A DNA stretch of 64,000 bases from Candidatus Moranbacteria bacterium RIFOXYB1_FULL_43_19. Lineage in GTDB: Bacteria; Patescibacteriota; Minisyncoccia; Moranbacterales; UBA11712. The position numbers and the translations under genes were made by a program. The stretch is taken from NCBI GenBank assembly GCA_001784875.1, contig MFSH01000015.1, positions 47,933 to 111,932 of the forward strand, in the 5' to 3' direction. Numbering within the stretch: the first letter of the stretch is position 1; every line of letters begins with the position of its first letter. The notes beneath the pieces are model-generated. The model saw only the letters and a list, made by a program, of their open reading frames with translations. It was not told the DNA's origin and ran no database searches. This document shows, piece by piece, positions 18,828 through 27,448 of this stretch.

Positions 18828-20054
18828 ATGCGGCAGTCCCAACTTTTCACTAAAACTCAAAAAAACGCGCCGGCGGGAGAAGTAAGCGCCAACGCCCAGT
18901 TTTTGACGCGCGGAGGTTTTGCCGACAAATTGATGGCGGGAGTCTATACGATTCTTCCCCTTGGCTTGAGAGTAATGAAAAAAATAGAAAACATTATTCG
19001 CGAGGAAATGGACGCTATCGGCGCTCAAGAATTTGAAATGCCGGCTCTTCATCCCAAAGAAAATTGGGAAAAAACGGGACGCTGGAACAAAATGGACGAC
19101 CTATATAAAGTGAAAGACTCAAGCGGACGTGAATTCGCGCTTGGGCCGACCCACGAGGAGGTGATCGCTCCGCTCATGAAAAAATTCTTGAATTCCTACA
19201 AAGACCTCCCGTTTGCCGCTTACCAGTTCCAGACCAAATTTCGGATGGAGCTTCGGGCCAAGTCCGGAATTTTGCGCGGACGGGAATTTTTGATGAAAGA
19301 CTTATACTCTTTTCATATCGAAGAAAATGACCTCGACGAATATTATGAAAAAGCCAAGGCAGCGTATAAAAAAGTTTTTGACCGGTGCGGAATCGGCCGC
19401 AAAACATATGTCACTTTCGCGTCCGGCGGGTCGTTTTCAAAATATTCGCACGAGTTCCAGACCGTGACAGCGGCCGGAGAAGACACAATCTATATTTGCG
19501 AAAAGTGCCAAAACGCCGTGAATAAGGAAATAAAGTCCGAAACTCCGGTTTGCCCAATTTGCGGCGGAAAAAAATTCAAAGTGGAAAAAGCGATCGAAGT
19601 CGGAAATATTTTCAAGCTGATGGACAGGTTTACGAAGCCCTTTGACTTGAAGGTGGCGGATAAAAAAGGAAAACCACAGATGCTTATCATGGGATGTTAT
19701 GGCATTGGCCTATCGCGCCTCTTGGGAACGATTGTCGAAGTCCACCACGACGAAAAAGGAATCATCTGGCCGGAAAGCGTTGCTCCGTTCAAAGTCCACT
19801 TGATCAGCCTTGGGAAAGGCAAAGAAGCGGAAGGAATATACAAAAATTTTTTGGCGAAAAATATCGAAGTTCTGTTCGACGACCGCGACGTTTCGGCGGG
19901 CGAAAAATTTGCCGATGCCGATCTTATCGGCATTCCCAGGCGTGTGGTTGTGAGCGAAAAATCCCTCGCAGGCGGGGGAGTGGAAGTGAAAAAAAGAGAC
20001 GAAAAAACAGGAAAAGTTATTCCCGAAAAGGAGATCATAGGCCTAATTCATTAA
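18828..20054 (+). CDS. proS: Proline--tRNA ligase, bacterial-type core without the INS editing domain
   Basis: N-terminus SQLF...ANAQFLTRGGF, LPLGLRVMKKIENIIREEM, LGPTHEEVIAPL, class II motifs; 408 aa with a Zn-binding Cys cluster. Confidence 0.8.
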   Translation: MRQSQLFTKTQKNAPAGEVSANAQFLTRGGFADKLMAGVYTILPLGLRVMKKIENIIREEMDAIGAQEFEMPALHPKENWEKTGRWNKMDDLYKVKDSSGREFALGPTHEEVIAPLMKKFLNSYKDLPFAAYQFQTKFRMELRAKSGILRGREFLMKDLYSFHIEENDLDEYYEKAKAAYKKVFDRCGIGRKTYVTFASGGSFSKYSHEFQTVTAAGEDTIYICEKCQNAVNKEIKSETPVCPICGGKKFKVEKAIEVGNIFKLMDRFTKPFDLKVADKKGKPQMLIMGCYGIGLSRLLGTIVEVHHDEKGIIWPESVAPFKVHLISLGKGKEAEGIYKNFLAKNIEVLFDDRDVSAGEKFADADLIGIPRRVVVSEKSLAGGGVEVKKRDEKTGKVIPEKEIIGLIH

Positions 20055-20065
20055 AGTAAAGAATC

Positions 20066-21331
20066 ATGGACGCAAATAAAAATTGGGAAATTCTCAATCA
20101 AACCGATCCAGAGGTATATGACGCTCTGATCGGCGAAGAAAAAAGAGAACAAAAAGGAGTAGAGCTTATCCCTTCCGAAAACTATACCTATCCCGAAGTT
20201 TTTGCTGCCAATGGGTCGATTCTCACCAATAAATACGCCGAAGGCTATCCCGGGAAACGCTATTATGGCGGGCAGACCTACACCGATATTGTCGAAAATC
20301 TGGCGAGAGACCGCGCCAAAAAACTTTTCCGGTGTGAACACGCCAATGTCCAGCCGCTTTCCGGCTCGCCCATGAACCAGGCAGTCTATTTTGCTTTTCT
20401 CAACCCGGGCGACACAGTTCTTGCCATGGAGCTTTCTCATGGGGGGCATTTGACCCACGGCGCGCCCGTTTCCCACATGGGAAAAGTTTTCAATTTTGTC
20501 CGCTACAAAACACATCCGGACGAGAAAGGGAGAATTGATTTCGAAGAACTGATGAAAGTTGCGAAGGATTGCAAACCGAAAATTGTAATGTGCGGATATA
20601 CTTCTTATCCGCGGGACTATGACTACACGAATTTCAAGAAGGTGGCGGACGAAGTCGGAGCGATAACCTTCGCCGACGTCGCGCATATCGGAGGGCTGAT
20701 CGCGGCCGGAGTGATGAGAAATCCATTTGATTACGGTTTTGACGTGGTTTCGACGACAACTCACAAATCGTTGCGTGGCCCGAGAGCGGGGATGATAATG
20801 TGCAAAAAAGAGCACGCGGATGCGATTGACAAATCCGTTTTTCCGGGACTGCAGGGAGGTCCGCATATGCAAACGATTGCCGCCATAGCCGTGGCCCTCG
20901 GGAAAGCGCTCGAGCCTGAATTTAAGGAATATGGGAAACAAGTGCTGGCCAATGCGAAAACTTTGGCCCAGGAACTGGTGGATAGCGGCGTGAAACTCAT
21001 CACCGACGGAACTGACAACCACATGATGGTCGCGAACACGGTGCAGAGTTTCGGCATTGATGGCAAACTGGCCGAGCAAACTCTGGATAAAATATCAATT
21101 GCCGTGAACAAACAGATAATTCCGGATGATCCCAATCCGCCGCTCCGGCCCAGTGGAATCAGGCTGGGGACTCCTGCGGCAACAACGCGGGGAATGAAAG
21201 AAGATGATATGAAAAAATTGGGCGCATGGATTGTTGAAGCTTTGAAAAATCATCAAAACGAAAACAAGCTGGAAGAAATCAAAAAAGAAGTAGAGGGTTT
21301 TTGCGTTAAATTCCCGGTGCCGGGGATATAG
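20066..21331 (+). CDS. glyA: Serine hydroxymethyltransferase
   Basis: LIPSENYTYPEV, VVSTTTHKSLRGPRAGMI PLP-lysine region. Confidence 0.95.
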   Translation: MDANKNWEILNQTDPEVYDALIGEEKREQKGVELIPSENYTYPEVFAANGSILTNKYAEGYPGKRYYGGQTYTDIVENLARDRAKKLFRCEHANVQPLSGSPMNQAVYFAFLNPGDTVLAMELSHGGHLTHGAPVSHMGKVFNFVRYKTHPDEKGRIDFEELMKVAKDCKPKIVMCGYTSYPRDYDYTNFKKVADEVGAITFADVAHIGGLIAAGVMRNPFDYGFDVVSTTTHKSLRGPRAGMIMCKKEHADAIDKSVFPGLQGGPHMQTIAAIAVALGKALEPEFKEYGKQVLANAKTLAQELVDSGVKLITDGTDNHMMVANTVQSFGIDGKLAEQTLDKISIAVNKQIIPDDPNPPLRPSGIRLGTPAATTRGMKEDDMKKLGAWIVEALKNHQNENKLEEIKKEVEGFCVKFPVPGI

Positions 21332-21402
21332 GAAGAATATTTGCGGCAAAACGTGCCCGCTATACAAAAAATCAGGGAGAAATGGTAAAATAGGGTTTAG
21401 TA

Positions 21403-22128
21403 ATGGACCAATTCCAAAAAGAAAATAAAACTGAAGAAATAAGGCTTGATGTAAAATCAAAAATCCTTTTTGTCATATTGGGAATTCTTATCGTTGGTTC
21501 GGTCTCGGTGACATACTGGCGCTATATGGTTCAGCGCGATTATATCATCAAGGCCCAGATTAACTGTGATCCGGAAACAGAAAACTGCTTCATTTGGGAA
21601 TGCGACCTGATGTCGCTTGAAGAGGGCGAGGCTTGCACGGGCGTTCCCGACAATGATATCTGGTATTACAAGATATTCAACCGCAACGCGAAAAATATCC
21701 CCGATTGCGATCCGGCGGACGAAAATTGCACAGCTTATGTTTGCGGCGAGGGGGAAGCGGATTGCTCCGAAGAATTATGCAACGCGGAAAATGTCCCCGA
21801 AGGCGAAGAGTGCAGCAATCCCGAACAATATCTTCTCGAAAATCCTCCGATGGATGAAGAGGAGTGCGCCGAGGATGACGAAGAATGCCTGTCAGGATCG
21901 GAAGAAAGTGCAGAAGAGTGTGCTCCCGAAGATGAAGAATGTCTGGCGCAGCAAGAGGCCGCTGAATGTGAAGATGGGGATGAAAAGTGTCTAGCCGAGG
22001 AAGAAAGCCTGGAAAATAATGAAGCGCTGGACGAAATGGAAAAACAGGGAAATCCCAGTGAAGACAAGCCGGGCGAAACAGATTCCGGTGATCCGTATAT
22101 TCCTCCCTTAGGCGCAGAGCCGAACTAA
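21403..22128 (+). CDS. Membrane-anchored, extremely acidic Cys-rich repeat protein (hypothetical)
   Basis: N-terminal TM helix, then about 190 aa containing ten or more Cys in a repeated [D/E]EEC pattern and a very high Glu/Asp content. Confidence 0.5.
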   Translation: MDQFQKENKTEEIRLDVKSKILFVILGILIVGSVSVTYWRYMVQRDYIIKAQINCDPETENCFIWECDLMSLEEGEACTGVPDNDIWYYKIFNRNAKNIPDCDPADENCTAYVCGEGEADCSEELCNAENVPEGEECSNPEQYLLENPPMDEEECAEDDEECLSGSEESAEECAPEDEECLAQQEAAECEDGDEKCLAEEESLENNEALDEMEKQGNPSEDKPGETDSGDPYIPPLGAEPN

Positions 22129-22142
22129 TTCAAAACACCAGA

Positions 22143-22562
22143 ATGTTCAAAAAACTTTTCAAAAGCAAAAAAACATGCAACTTCGGAGAGCATTTCACGC
22201 TGGACGGATATGGTGGAAGCTTCAAAAAGCTTGATGATAGAAAATTGGTTCTTCGTTGCCTTGAAGAGCTTCCCAAAAAAATTGGAATGAATATTCTTGG
22301 CGCTCCCGTTGTTTATAAGGCCGACGACAACGGGATAAAAGACGCCGGAGGCTGGAGCGGATTCGTGGTGGTGGCCGAATCTCACATAAGCATTCATACT
22401 TTTCCCCACCGGCAGTTTGTGAGCATTGACGTCTATACCTGTAAAGACGGCATGAACCGAAAATTTGTCGCCAGCTATTTCACCAAGAAATTCAACCTGA
22501 AAGATGTTGAAACCCACTTTATCCGGCGGGGAACAAAATATCCGGTTGATATGGTCTGTTAA
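22143..22562 (+). CDS. speH: S-adenosylmethionine decarboxylase proenzyme (pyruvoyl-dependent, SpeH type)
   Basis: VVVAESHISIHTFPH matches the AdoMetDC self-cleavage motif (E-S cleavage site). Confidence 0.7.
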   Translation: MFKKLFKSKKTCNFGEHFTLDGYGGSFKKLDDRKLVLRCLEELPKKIGMNILGAPVVYKADDNGIKDAGGWSGFVVVAESHISIHTFPHRQFVSIDVYTCKDGMNRKFVASYFTKKFNLKDVETHFIRRGTKYPVDMVC

Positions 22563-22580
22563 AATTTTGCAATTTAAAAA

Positions 22581-23108
22581 TTGGATGCAAATACTATAAA
22601 AAATAAAAGATTCATTCTCCGGAGGCTCAAAATGAGTGACGCAGAATCAATTGTAAAATATGCAAATGATAAACTTGTTGCCAAAAATTTGGCAAGGCTT
22701 CCACATCCTTACACAATAGGAGACGCTAGAGCTTGGCTGAAGAAAAAACAAAATCAATATAAGCAAAAAAATCCCACTGAATTCGTCTTTGCAATCGAAA
22801 TTGAAAATGAAGCGGTGGGTTCAATAGGATTTAATAATATTACTGTTGGGCACAAAGCAGAAATGGGCTATTGGATTGGAAGAAAATATTGGGGTAAAGG
22901 ATTGATGACCGAGGTTGTAAAGAACGCTTCCAGATACGCCTTCAAAGTTTTCAAGCTACGAAGACTTCAGACCTATACTTATCCGAGCAACAAAGCATCT
23001 AAGCGCGTTCTTGAGAAAAATAATTTCAAATTTGAAGGTGTGCTGAAAAAGGGCATCAGAAAAGAAGATATGTTTTTTGATGCTCATATTTTTGCGAAGG
23101 TGTCTTAA
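22581..23108 (+). CDS. GNAT-family N-acetyltransferase (RimJ/RimL-like)
   Basis: GSIGFNNITVGHKAEMGYWIGRKYWGKG acetyl-CoA-binding motif. Confidence 0.7.
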   Translation: MDANTIKNKRFILRRLKMSDAESIVKYANDKLVAKNLARLPHPYTIGDARAWLKKKQNQYKQKNPTEFVFAIEIENEAVGSIGFNNITVGHKAEMGYWIGRKYWGKGLMTEVVKNASRYAFKVFKLRRLQTYTYPSNKASKRVLEKNNFKFEGVLKKGIRKEDMFFDAHIFAKVS

Positions 23109-23133
23109 CTTTAAAATATTTATTCCGATTATT

Positions 23134-23157
23134 AAGGCTTATATAAAGCCTTTTTTA
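23134..23157 (+). terminator. Rho-independent terminator after the GNAT gene
   Basis: aggctt-atat-aagcct hairpin followed by TTTTTT. Confidence 0.6.
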
Positions 23158-23184
23158 ATTGGAATGATTGTTTCCTAACTGTAT

Positions 23185-23213
23185 TTGACATAAAATAATA
23201 ATTGTGATATTAT
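23185..23213 (+). promoter_or_regulatory. Putative sigma70-type promoter for the 23241-27315 operon
   Basis: TTGACA-17 nt-TATTAT, 28 nt upstream of the start codon. Confidence 0.45.
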
Positions 23214-23240
23214 GAACCGTTGGATAATTAGGTAAAATAT

Positions 23241-24278
23241 ATGGTCTTGATATCACAAATTTTTGAATTTATTTCGAGCAATTGGCTAATTGTAGCTTTT
23301 TTAGCGCCAATGTCTTGGGCGCTGGTGAACATCATTGATGTTTATTTTGTTGAAGAAATTTATCGAGACGAAGTCGACGGTACAATAATCTCGGGTATTT
23401 TCCAGATACTTCCTTGGATTATCATATTTCCTCTTTTTAACATTAATATTTCTGATTATTTTAGTATAAATTTTGGTTATTATAGTTCTAATAAAATGCA
23501 ATTTTCTTTCTTTATGCATGATTCCCTCCTTTATTCACTCATGGGTGGCCTATTATTTTCATTAGTTTTTTATTTTTATTACAGAGCGCTCTTCAGGCAA
23601 AATGACGTATCTCTTGTCGAGATATTCAATAATTTATCGGTGGTTATTATTCCTTTTGTTGCGTATATTTTTTTTAGAGAAAAATTATCCTTTATCGGTT
23701 ACGTTGGAATGGGTATCACTCTTCTTGGAGCTATGATGTTGATGGGAGATTCGATAGTTAAGAAAAATATCTCATTTAGTCTTCTGAGTACGATGTTTGC
23801 CTGCGCCTTATTCTTATCCTTGAGTCTTGTTTTTGAGGAACATGCTTATTCTATATTGAACGTCCAAGGTCTCGACAATTCAGGTTTTTGGGCTGGTTTC
23901 TTTTTCTTTTCACTTGGGGTTTTTGTGGGTTCGATTATTTTTGCAGTTGTTCATTCTAGAAATATATTGCCTATATTAAGAAAATATACCTATGTTTTTA
24001 TAATTGCAGAAGGTATTTCATTCTTAGGTACGCTTTTTATGCAAAGAGCTCTCGACATCGGGCCATCGGCGTCATTCGTGGTCACCATTGAAACATTTGT
24101 TCCCGCATTTGTTCTGTTGTATAGTATAATTATTGTCTGTGCCTTCCATATTTCCAAGCGTTCAGAAAAAATTGGCCAGATTTTGCCCAATCTCTATAAA
24201 ATGCAGCTAAAAAAACTCGTTCCGAAGATTTTATCAATAGTTATTATGGGGATGGGCGTTTATATTTTTAATCTGTAA
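23241..24278 (+). CDS. Polytopic membrane protein (about 10 TM; possible DMT/EamA-like transporter)
   Basis: 345 aa, repeated hydrophobic helices; only 12 nt before the PRMT-like gene. Confidence 0.45.
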   Translation: MVLISQIFEFISSNWLIVAFLAPMSWALVNIIDVYFVEEIYRDEVDGTIISGIFQILPWIIIFPLFNINISDYFSINFGYYSSNKMQFSFFMHDSLLYSLMGGLLFSLVFYFYYRALFRQNDVSLVEIFNNLSVVIIPFVAYIFFREKLSFIGYVGMGITLLGAMMLMGDSIVKKNISFSLLSTMFACALFLSLSLVFEEHAYSILNVQGLDNSGFWAGFFFFSLGVFVGSIIFAVVHSRNILPILRKYTYVFIIAEGISFLGTLFMQRALDIGPSASFVVTIETFVPAFVLLYSIIIVCAFHISKRSEKIGQILPNLYKMQLKKLVPKILSIVIMGMGVYIFNL

Positions 24279-24290
24279 AATAAGATATAA

Positions 24291-25127
24291 ATGTGTGACG
24301 AAGCATTTAGTTCGATAGATATAGTTCATCAGTGCCTCATAGATGAATCGCGAACCACAGCATTTGCCAGGGCAATAAAAAAACTAGTAAAAAAGGGAGA
24401 CATTGTTATCGATGCCGGAACTGGATCGGGCATTTTGGCGTTATTTGCTGCCAGGGCTGGCGCAAAAAAGGTGATTGCGCTCGAAAACGATGATTTTGTC
24501 GCCGAAATTACAAAAAAAATAGTCGCGGATAATGGATACGAAGACATAATCGACATAAAAATCGGGGATGCAAGAAACTTCAATTTTGGAAAAATTAAAT
24601 TCGACTTGGTTATTATGGAATTATTGACAACAGGAATGATAGATGAATATCAACTTGAAGCGAATAACAATCTTCATAAACAAAAAGTTATTAAGAAATC
24701 AACCATATTTATTCCAAGTCGTGTCGAAACATTTATTTCTCTTGTAAATGCACAATTTGATTTATATGGCTTTAAAATGAAAATGGTAAAACATTTGTGG
24801 AATAATTTATCAGAAAACCAAAAGTATGATATTATTAGTAATGAAAAGGCACTAAACCTGATAAAATTTAATAATAGGAATAAACAGATATTTAAATCCC
24901 TAGTCTCCCTAAAGCCAAAAAAGAATGGAAAGGTGAATGCAATACTATTAAGAAGTAAAACCTATTTATCAAAAGGGATATCTCTTAGTGATACAGAAAC
25001 ATTTAATGCTCCCGTCATAATTCCTTTTGAAGATGAATTTGTCGTAGAAAAAAACAAGAACGAAAAAATAAAAATACAGTATGAATTTGGCAAGGGATAC
25101 CAAACATTTTCAACAAGAAAAAAATGA
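24291..25127 (+). CDS. PRMT-like class I SAM-dependent protein (arginine) methyltransferase
   Basis: Motif I VIDAGTGSGILALFAARAGAKKVIALE, double-E-loop-like VIMELLTTGMIDE; 4-nt ATGA overlap with the next gene. Confidence 0.6.
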   Translation: MCDEAFSSIDIVHQCLIDESRTTAFARAIKKLVKKGDIVIDAGTGSGILALFAARAGAKKVIALENDDFVAEITKKIVADNGYEDIIDIKIGDARNFNFGKIKFDLVIMELLTTGMIDEYQLEANNNLHKQKVIKKSTIFIPSRVETFISLVNAQFDLYGFKMKMVKHLWNNLSENQKYDIISNEKALNLIKFNNRNKQIFKSLVSLKPKKNGKVNAILLRSKTYLSKGISLSDTETFNAPVIIPFEDEFVVEKNKNEKIKIQYEFGKGYQTFSTRKK

Positions 25128-25642
25128 TTCAAAAAAATTTCTCTCTATATAGCGAGAAACTTCACCTAAAAAGAATTGCGGGAGGTGGAAAAGGAATATT
25201 CACAAAGAAAAATATAAAAAAAGGGGAAACTGTGATTGTTTATGGTGGTTACGCAATGACTTCCGAACAACACGCAAAGCTTCCAAAATATATGGAGTAC
25301 TTTTCTTTTCATATTGATGATAATATATTAATAGGCATTAAGAATAAAAAGCAGATATCCTTAGGGGAATATATAAATCATAGTTGCAATCCAAATTGTG
25401 GATTTAGAGACCAATTATTTTTAATCGCTATGAGAGACATAAAGAAAGGAGAAGAAATTACAACTGATTATGCCTTTTTTGTCACTTCAAACACCCTTAC
25501 CTTAAATTGCCAATGCGGTTCGCCTAACTGTAGAGGAGTTATAAGACATACAGACTGGCAATTAAAAAGTTTGCAAAAGAAGTATAAAAAATATTTTCAA
25601 ATTTATATTCAGGAAAAAATAAAAAATAAAAGCAAAAGATGA
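25124..25642 (+). CDS. SET-domain protein (putative protein lysine methyltransferase)
   Basis: NHSCNPNC, EEITTDY and post-SET CQCGSPNC motifs; ATGA overlaps on both sides. Confidence 0.8.
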   Translation: MIQKNFSLYSEKLHLKRIAGGGKGIFTKKNIKKGETVIVYGGYAMTSEQHAKLPKYMEYFSFHIDDNILIGIKNKKQISLGEYINHSCNPNCGFRDQLFLIAMRDIKKGEEITTDYAFFVTSNTLTLNCQCGSPNCRGVIRHTDWQLKSLQKKYKKYFQIYIQEKIKNKSKR

Positions 25643-27315
25643 TAACTTGTCCATGGGAACCAGCAAAGTATCTGATATTTTCTAGTAATGTGCCATCAAT
25701 TCTTTTTTATGCTCTAATTCCCGGAATGATTGTCGGCGCGCTTCTGGGCTTTTTCGTTTATTTAAAAAATAGAAAATATCTTCCTGCATTAATATTGCTA
25801 GTAATTTCAATCCTTTTCTTTGCCTGGGGATTTTTCGATTTAATACTTTTTGCTACAAATAATCCTTTCGCAGTTATAGTTTTATGGGCATACACGATTT
25901 TAACTGAAGTCCTCATTTACGCTTTTAGTCTGTATCTTTCTTACGTTTTCCTATTTAAACGTGATGCTTCTTTAAAAATAAAAGCATTTATCTTTTTTCT
26001 TTTGGCCCCAGTTATCGCAGTTCTTCCAACACCACTTAATCTCAAAGGTGTTAACCTTGCGGATTGCACCGCGATTGAAAATAAATTTATTATCTTTTAC
26101 AGTTACTCATTGGAAATATTTTTTGCATTGCTTATTTTAGCAATGGCTCTTAAGAAGTATCGAATTTCGCGGGATTCTTCAGAAAAAAAGCAAGCAATTC
26201 TATTTGCATTTGGGATTTCCCTGTTTCTTATTACTTTCTCATCCGGAAATATTATCGGAAGTATTACGGGAGACTGGGTTACATCGCAGTATGGTTATTT
26301 TGGCATGCCGATATTTATCGGTTTCCTGGCCTATCTCATCGTGAAATATAAGGCTTTTAATGTGAAGCTGATTGCATCGCAGGCCCTTGTTGTGGGGCTT
26401 ATCATCGGAATCGGCGCGCAGTTTTTCTTTATACAGAATACGACCAACCAAATTTTAACAGCAATTACTCTTGCCATCGCGATAATTTTTGGCTATCAGC
26501 TCGTCCGTTCTGTGAAGCTTGAAGTCCAGCGGAAAGAGGAATTGGAAAAGCTCTCAACATTGCTTGCGCAGGCCAACGACAAACTGCACCAGCTTGACAG
26601 GGCCAAATCGGAATTCATTTCCATTGCATCTCACCAGCTGCGGACGCCGCTCACATCCATCAAGGGCTTCGGGTCTTTGCTTCTTGAAGGGACATACGGC
26701 CAGGTTCCCGATACCCAAAGGCATGCTCTCGAAAAGATATACGTGTCCAATGAGCGCCTGATCCAGCTCGTTGAAGATCTTTTGAACATTTCCCGGATGG
26801 AGGCAGGGAGGATGGAATTTGACTTCCAGGAGGCGCAGATTGAGGATCTGATCCAGGAAGCGGCGGATACTCTTGAGCTTTCTGCCAAAGCCAAGAGCCT
26901 TTATCTCCATTGGCAAAAACCGGCTTTGGCTTTGCCGAAAACAAAAATTGACATCACCAAAATCAAAGAAGTGATTTCAAATATGATCGACAACGCTATC
27001 AAATATTCGCAAAGGGGCGGGGTGACTGTGCGGGCGGAAAAAGGGAGTTTCTTTGACCATGAAGCGAGAGAACAAAAAAATGTCATCCGCGTCACCGTTT
27101 CTGATACGGGAATCGGCATGGACAAGGAGGAACTGGAAAGCATCTTCAACAAATTCGAGCGGGGGAAGCAGGTGAGCCACTATCACACCGACGGGACAGG
27201 GCTTGGGATGTACGTCGGCAAGAAAATAGTCGAGGCCCACCATGGGCGCATCTGGGCTGAATCAGATGGAAAAGGAAAGGGGAGCCGTTTTATTTTGGAA
27301 TTGCCAATTAGTTAG
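25639..27315 (+). CDS. Sensor histidine kinase with an N-terminal 7-8 TM domain
   Basis: H-box SHQLRTPLTSIKGF, N-box and G2 GTGLGMYVGKKIVEAHHG; multi-TM N-terminus. Confidence 0.85.
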   Translation: MITCPWEPAKYLIFSSNVPSILFYALIPGMIVGALLGFFVYLKNRKYLPALILLVISILFFAWGFFDLILFATNNPFAVIVLWAYTILTEVLIYAFSLYLSYVFLFKRDASLKIKAFIFFLLAPVIAVLPTPLNLKGVNLADCTAIENKFIIFYSYSLEIFFALLILAMALKKYRISRDSSEKKQAILFAFGISLFLITFSSGNIIGSITGDWVTSQYGYFGMPIFIGFLAYLIVKYKAFNVKLIASQALVVGLIIGIGAQFFFIQNTTNQILTAITLAIAIIFGYQLVRSVKLEVQRKEELEKLSTLLAQANDKLHQLDRAKSEFISIASHQLRTPLTSIKGFGSLLLEGTYGQVPDTQRHALEKIYVSNERLIQLVEDLLNISRMEAGRMEFDFQEAQIEDLIQEAADTLELSAKAKSLYLHWQKPALALPKTKIDITKIKEVISNMIDNAIKYSQRGGVTVRAEKGSFFDHEAREQKNVIRVTVSDTGIGMDKEELESIFNKFERGKQVSHYHTDGTGLGMYVGKKIVEAHHGRIWAESDGKGKGSRFILELPIS

Positions 27316-27390
27316 TATTTTGTATCTGGTATATCGTATTTGGTATTTTCTGAGGGACTAAATACTAGCTATAAAATACTAAATACCAGC
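27314..27390. repeat. Imperfect palindromic intergenic element containing CTGGTATTTAGTATTTT modules (same family as 38653-38677)
   Basis: tagtattttgtatctggtat... and reverse-complement aaaatactaaataccag arms; a second copy sits after pgk. Confidence 0.5.
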
Positions 27391-27448
27391 CTTGTTTTTT
27401 CGTGCCATTTGTGGTACGATTTTTTGTGTCAAGCAGAATTATTAACTT

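Noticed and set aside
19694-20059. Arg-rich 121-aa plus-strand ORF overlapping the proS 3' end in another frame
   Set aside because: Its frame sits inside proS and its composition is low-complexity (R/K/G), which is typical of an out-of-frame artefact.
26519-27243. Cluster of short ORFs on both strands within the histidine kinase gene
   Set aside because: This locally higher-GC segment of the kinase catalytic domain generates spurious frames; the kinase motifs are intact.
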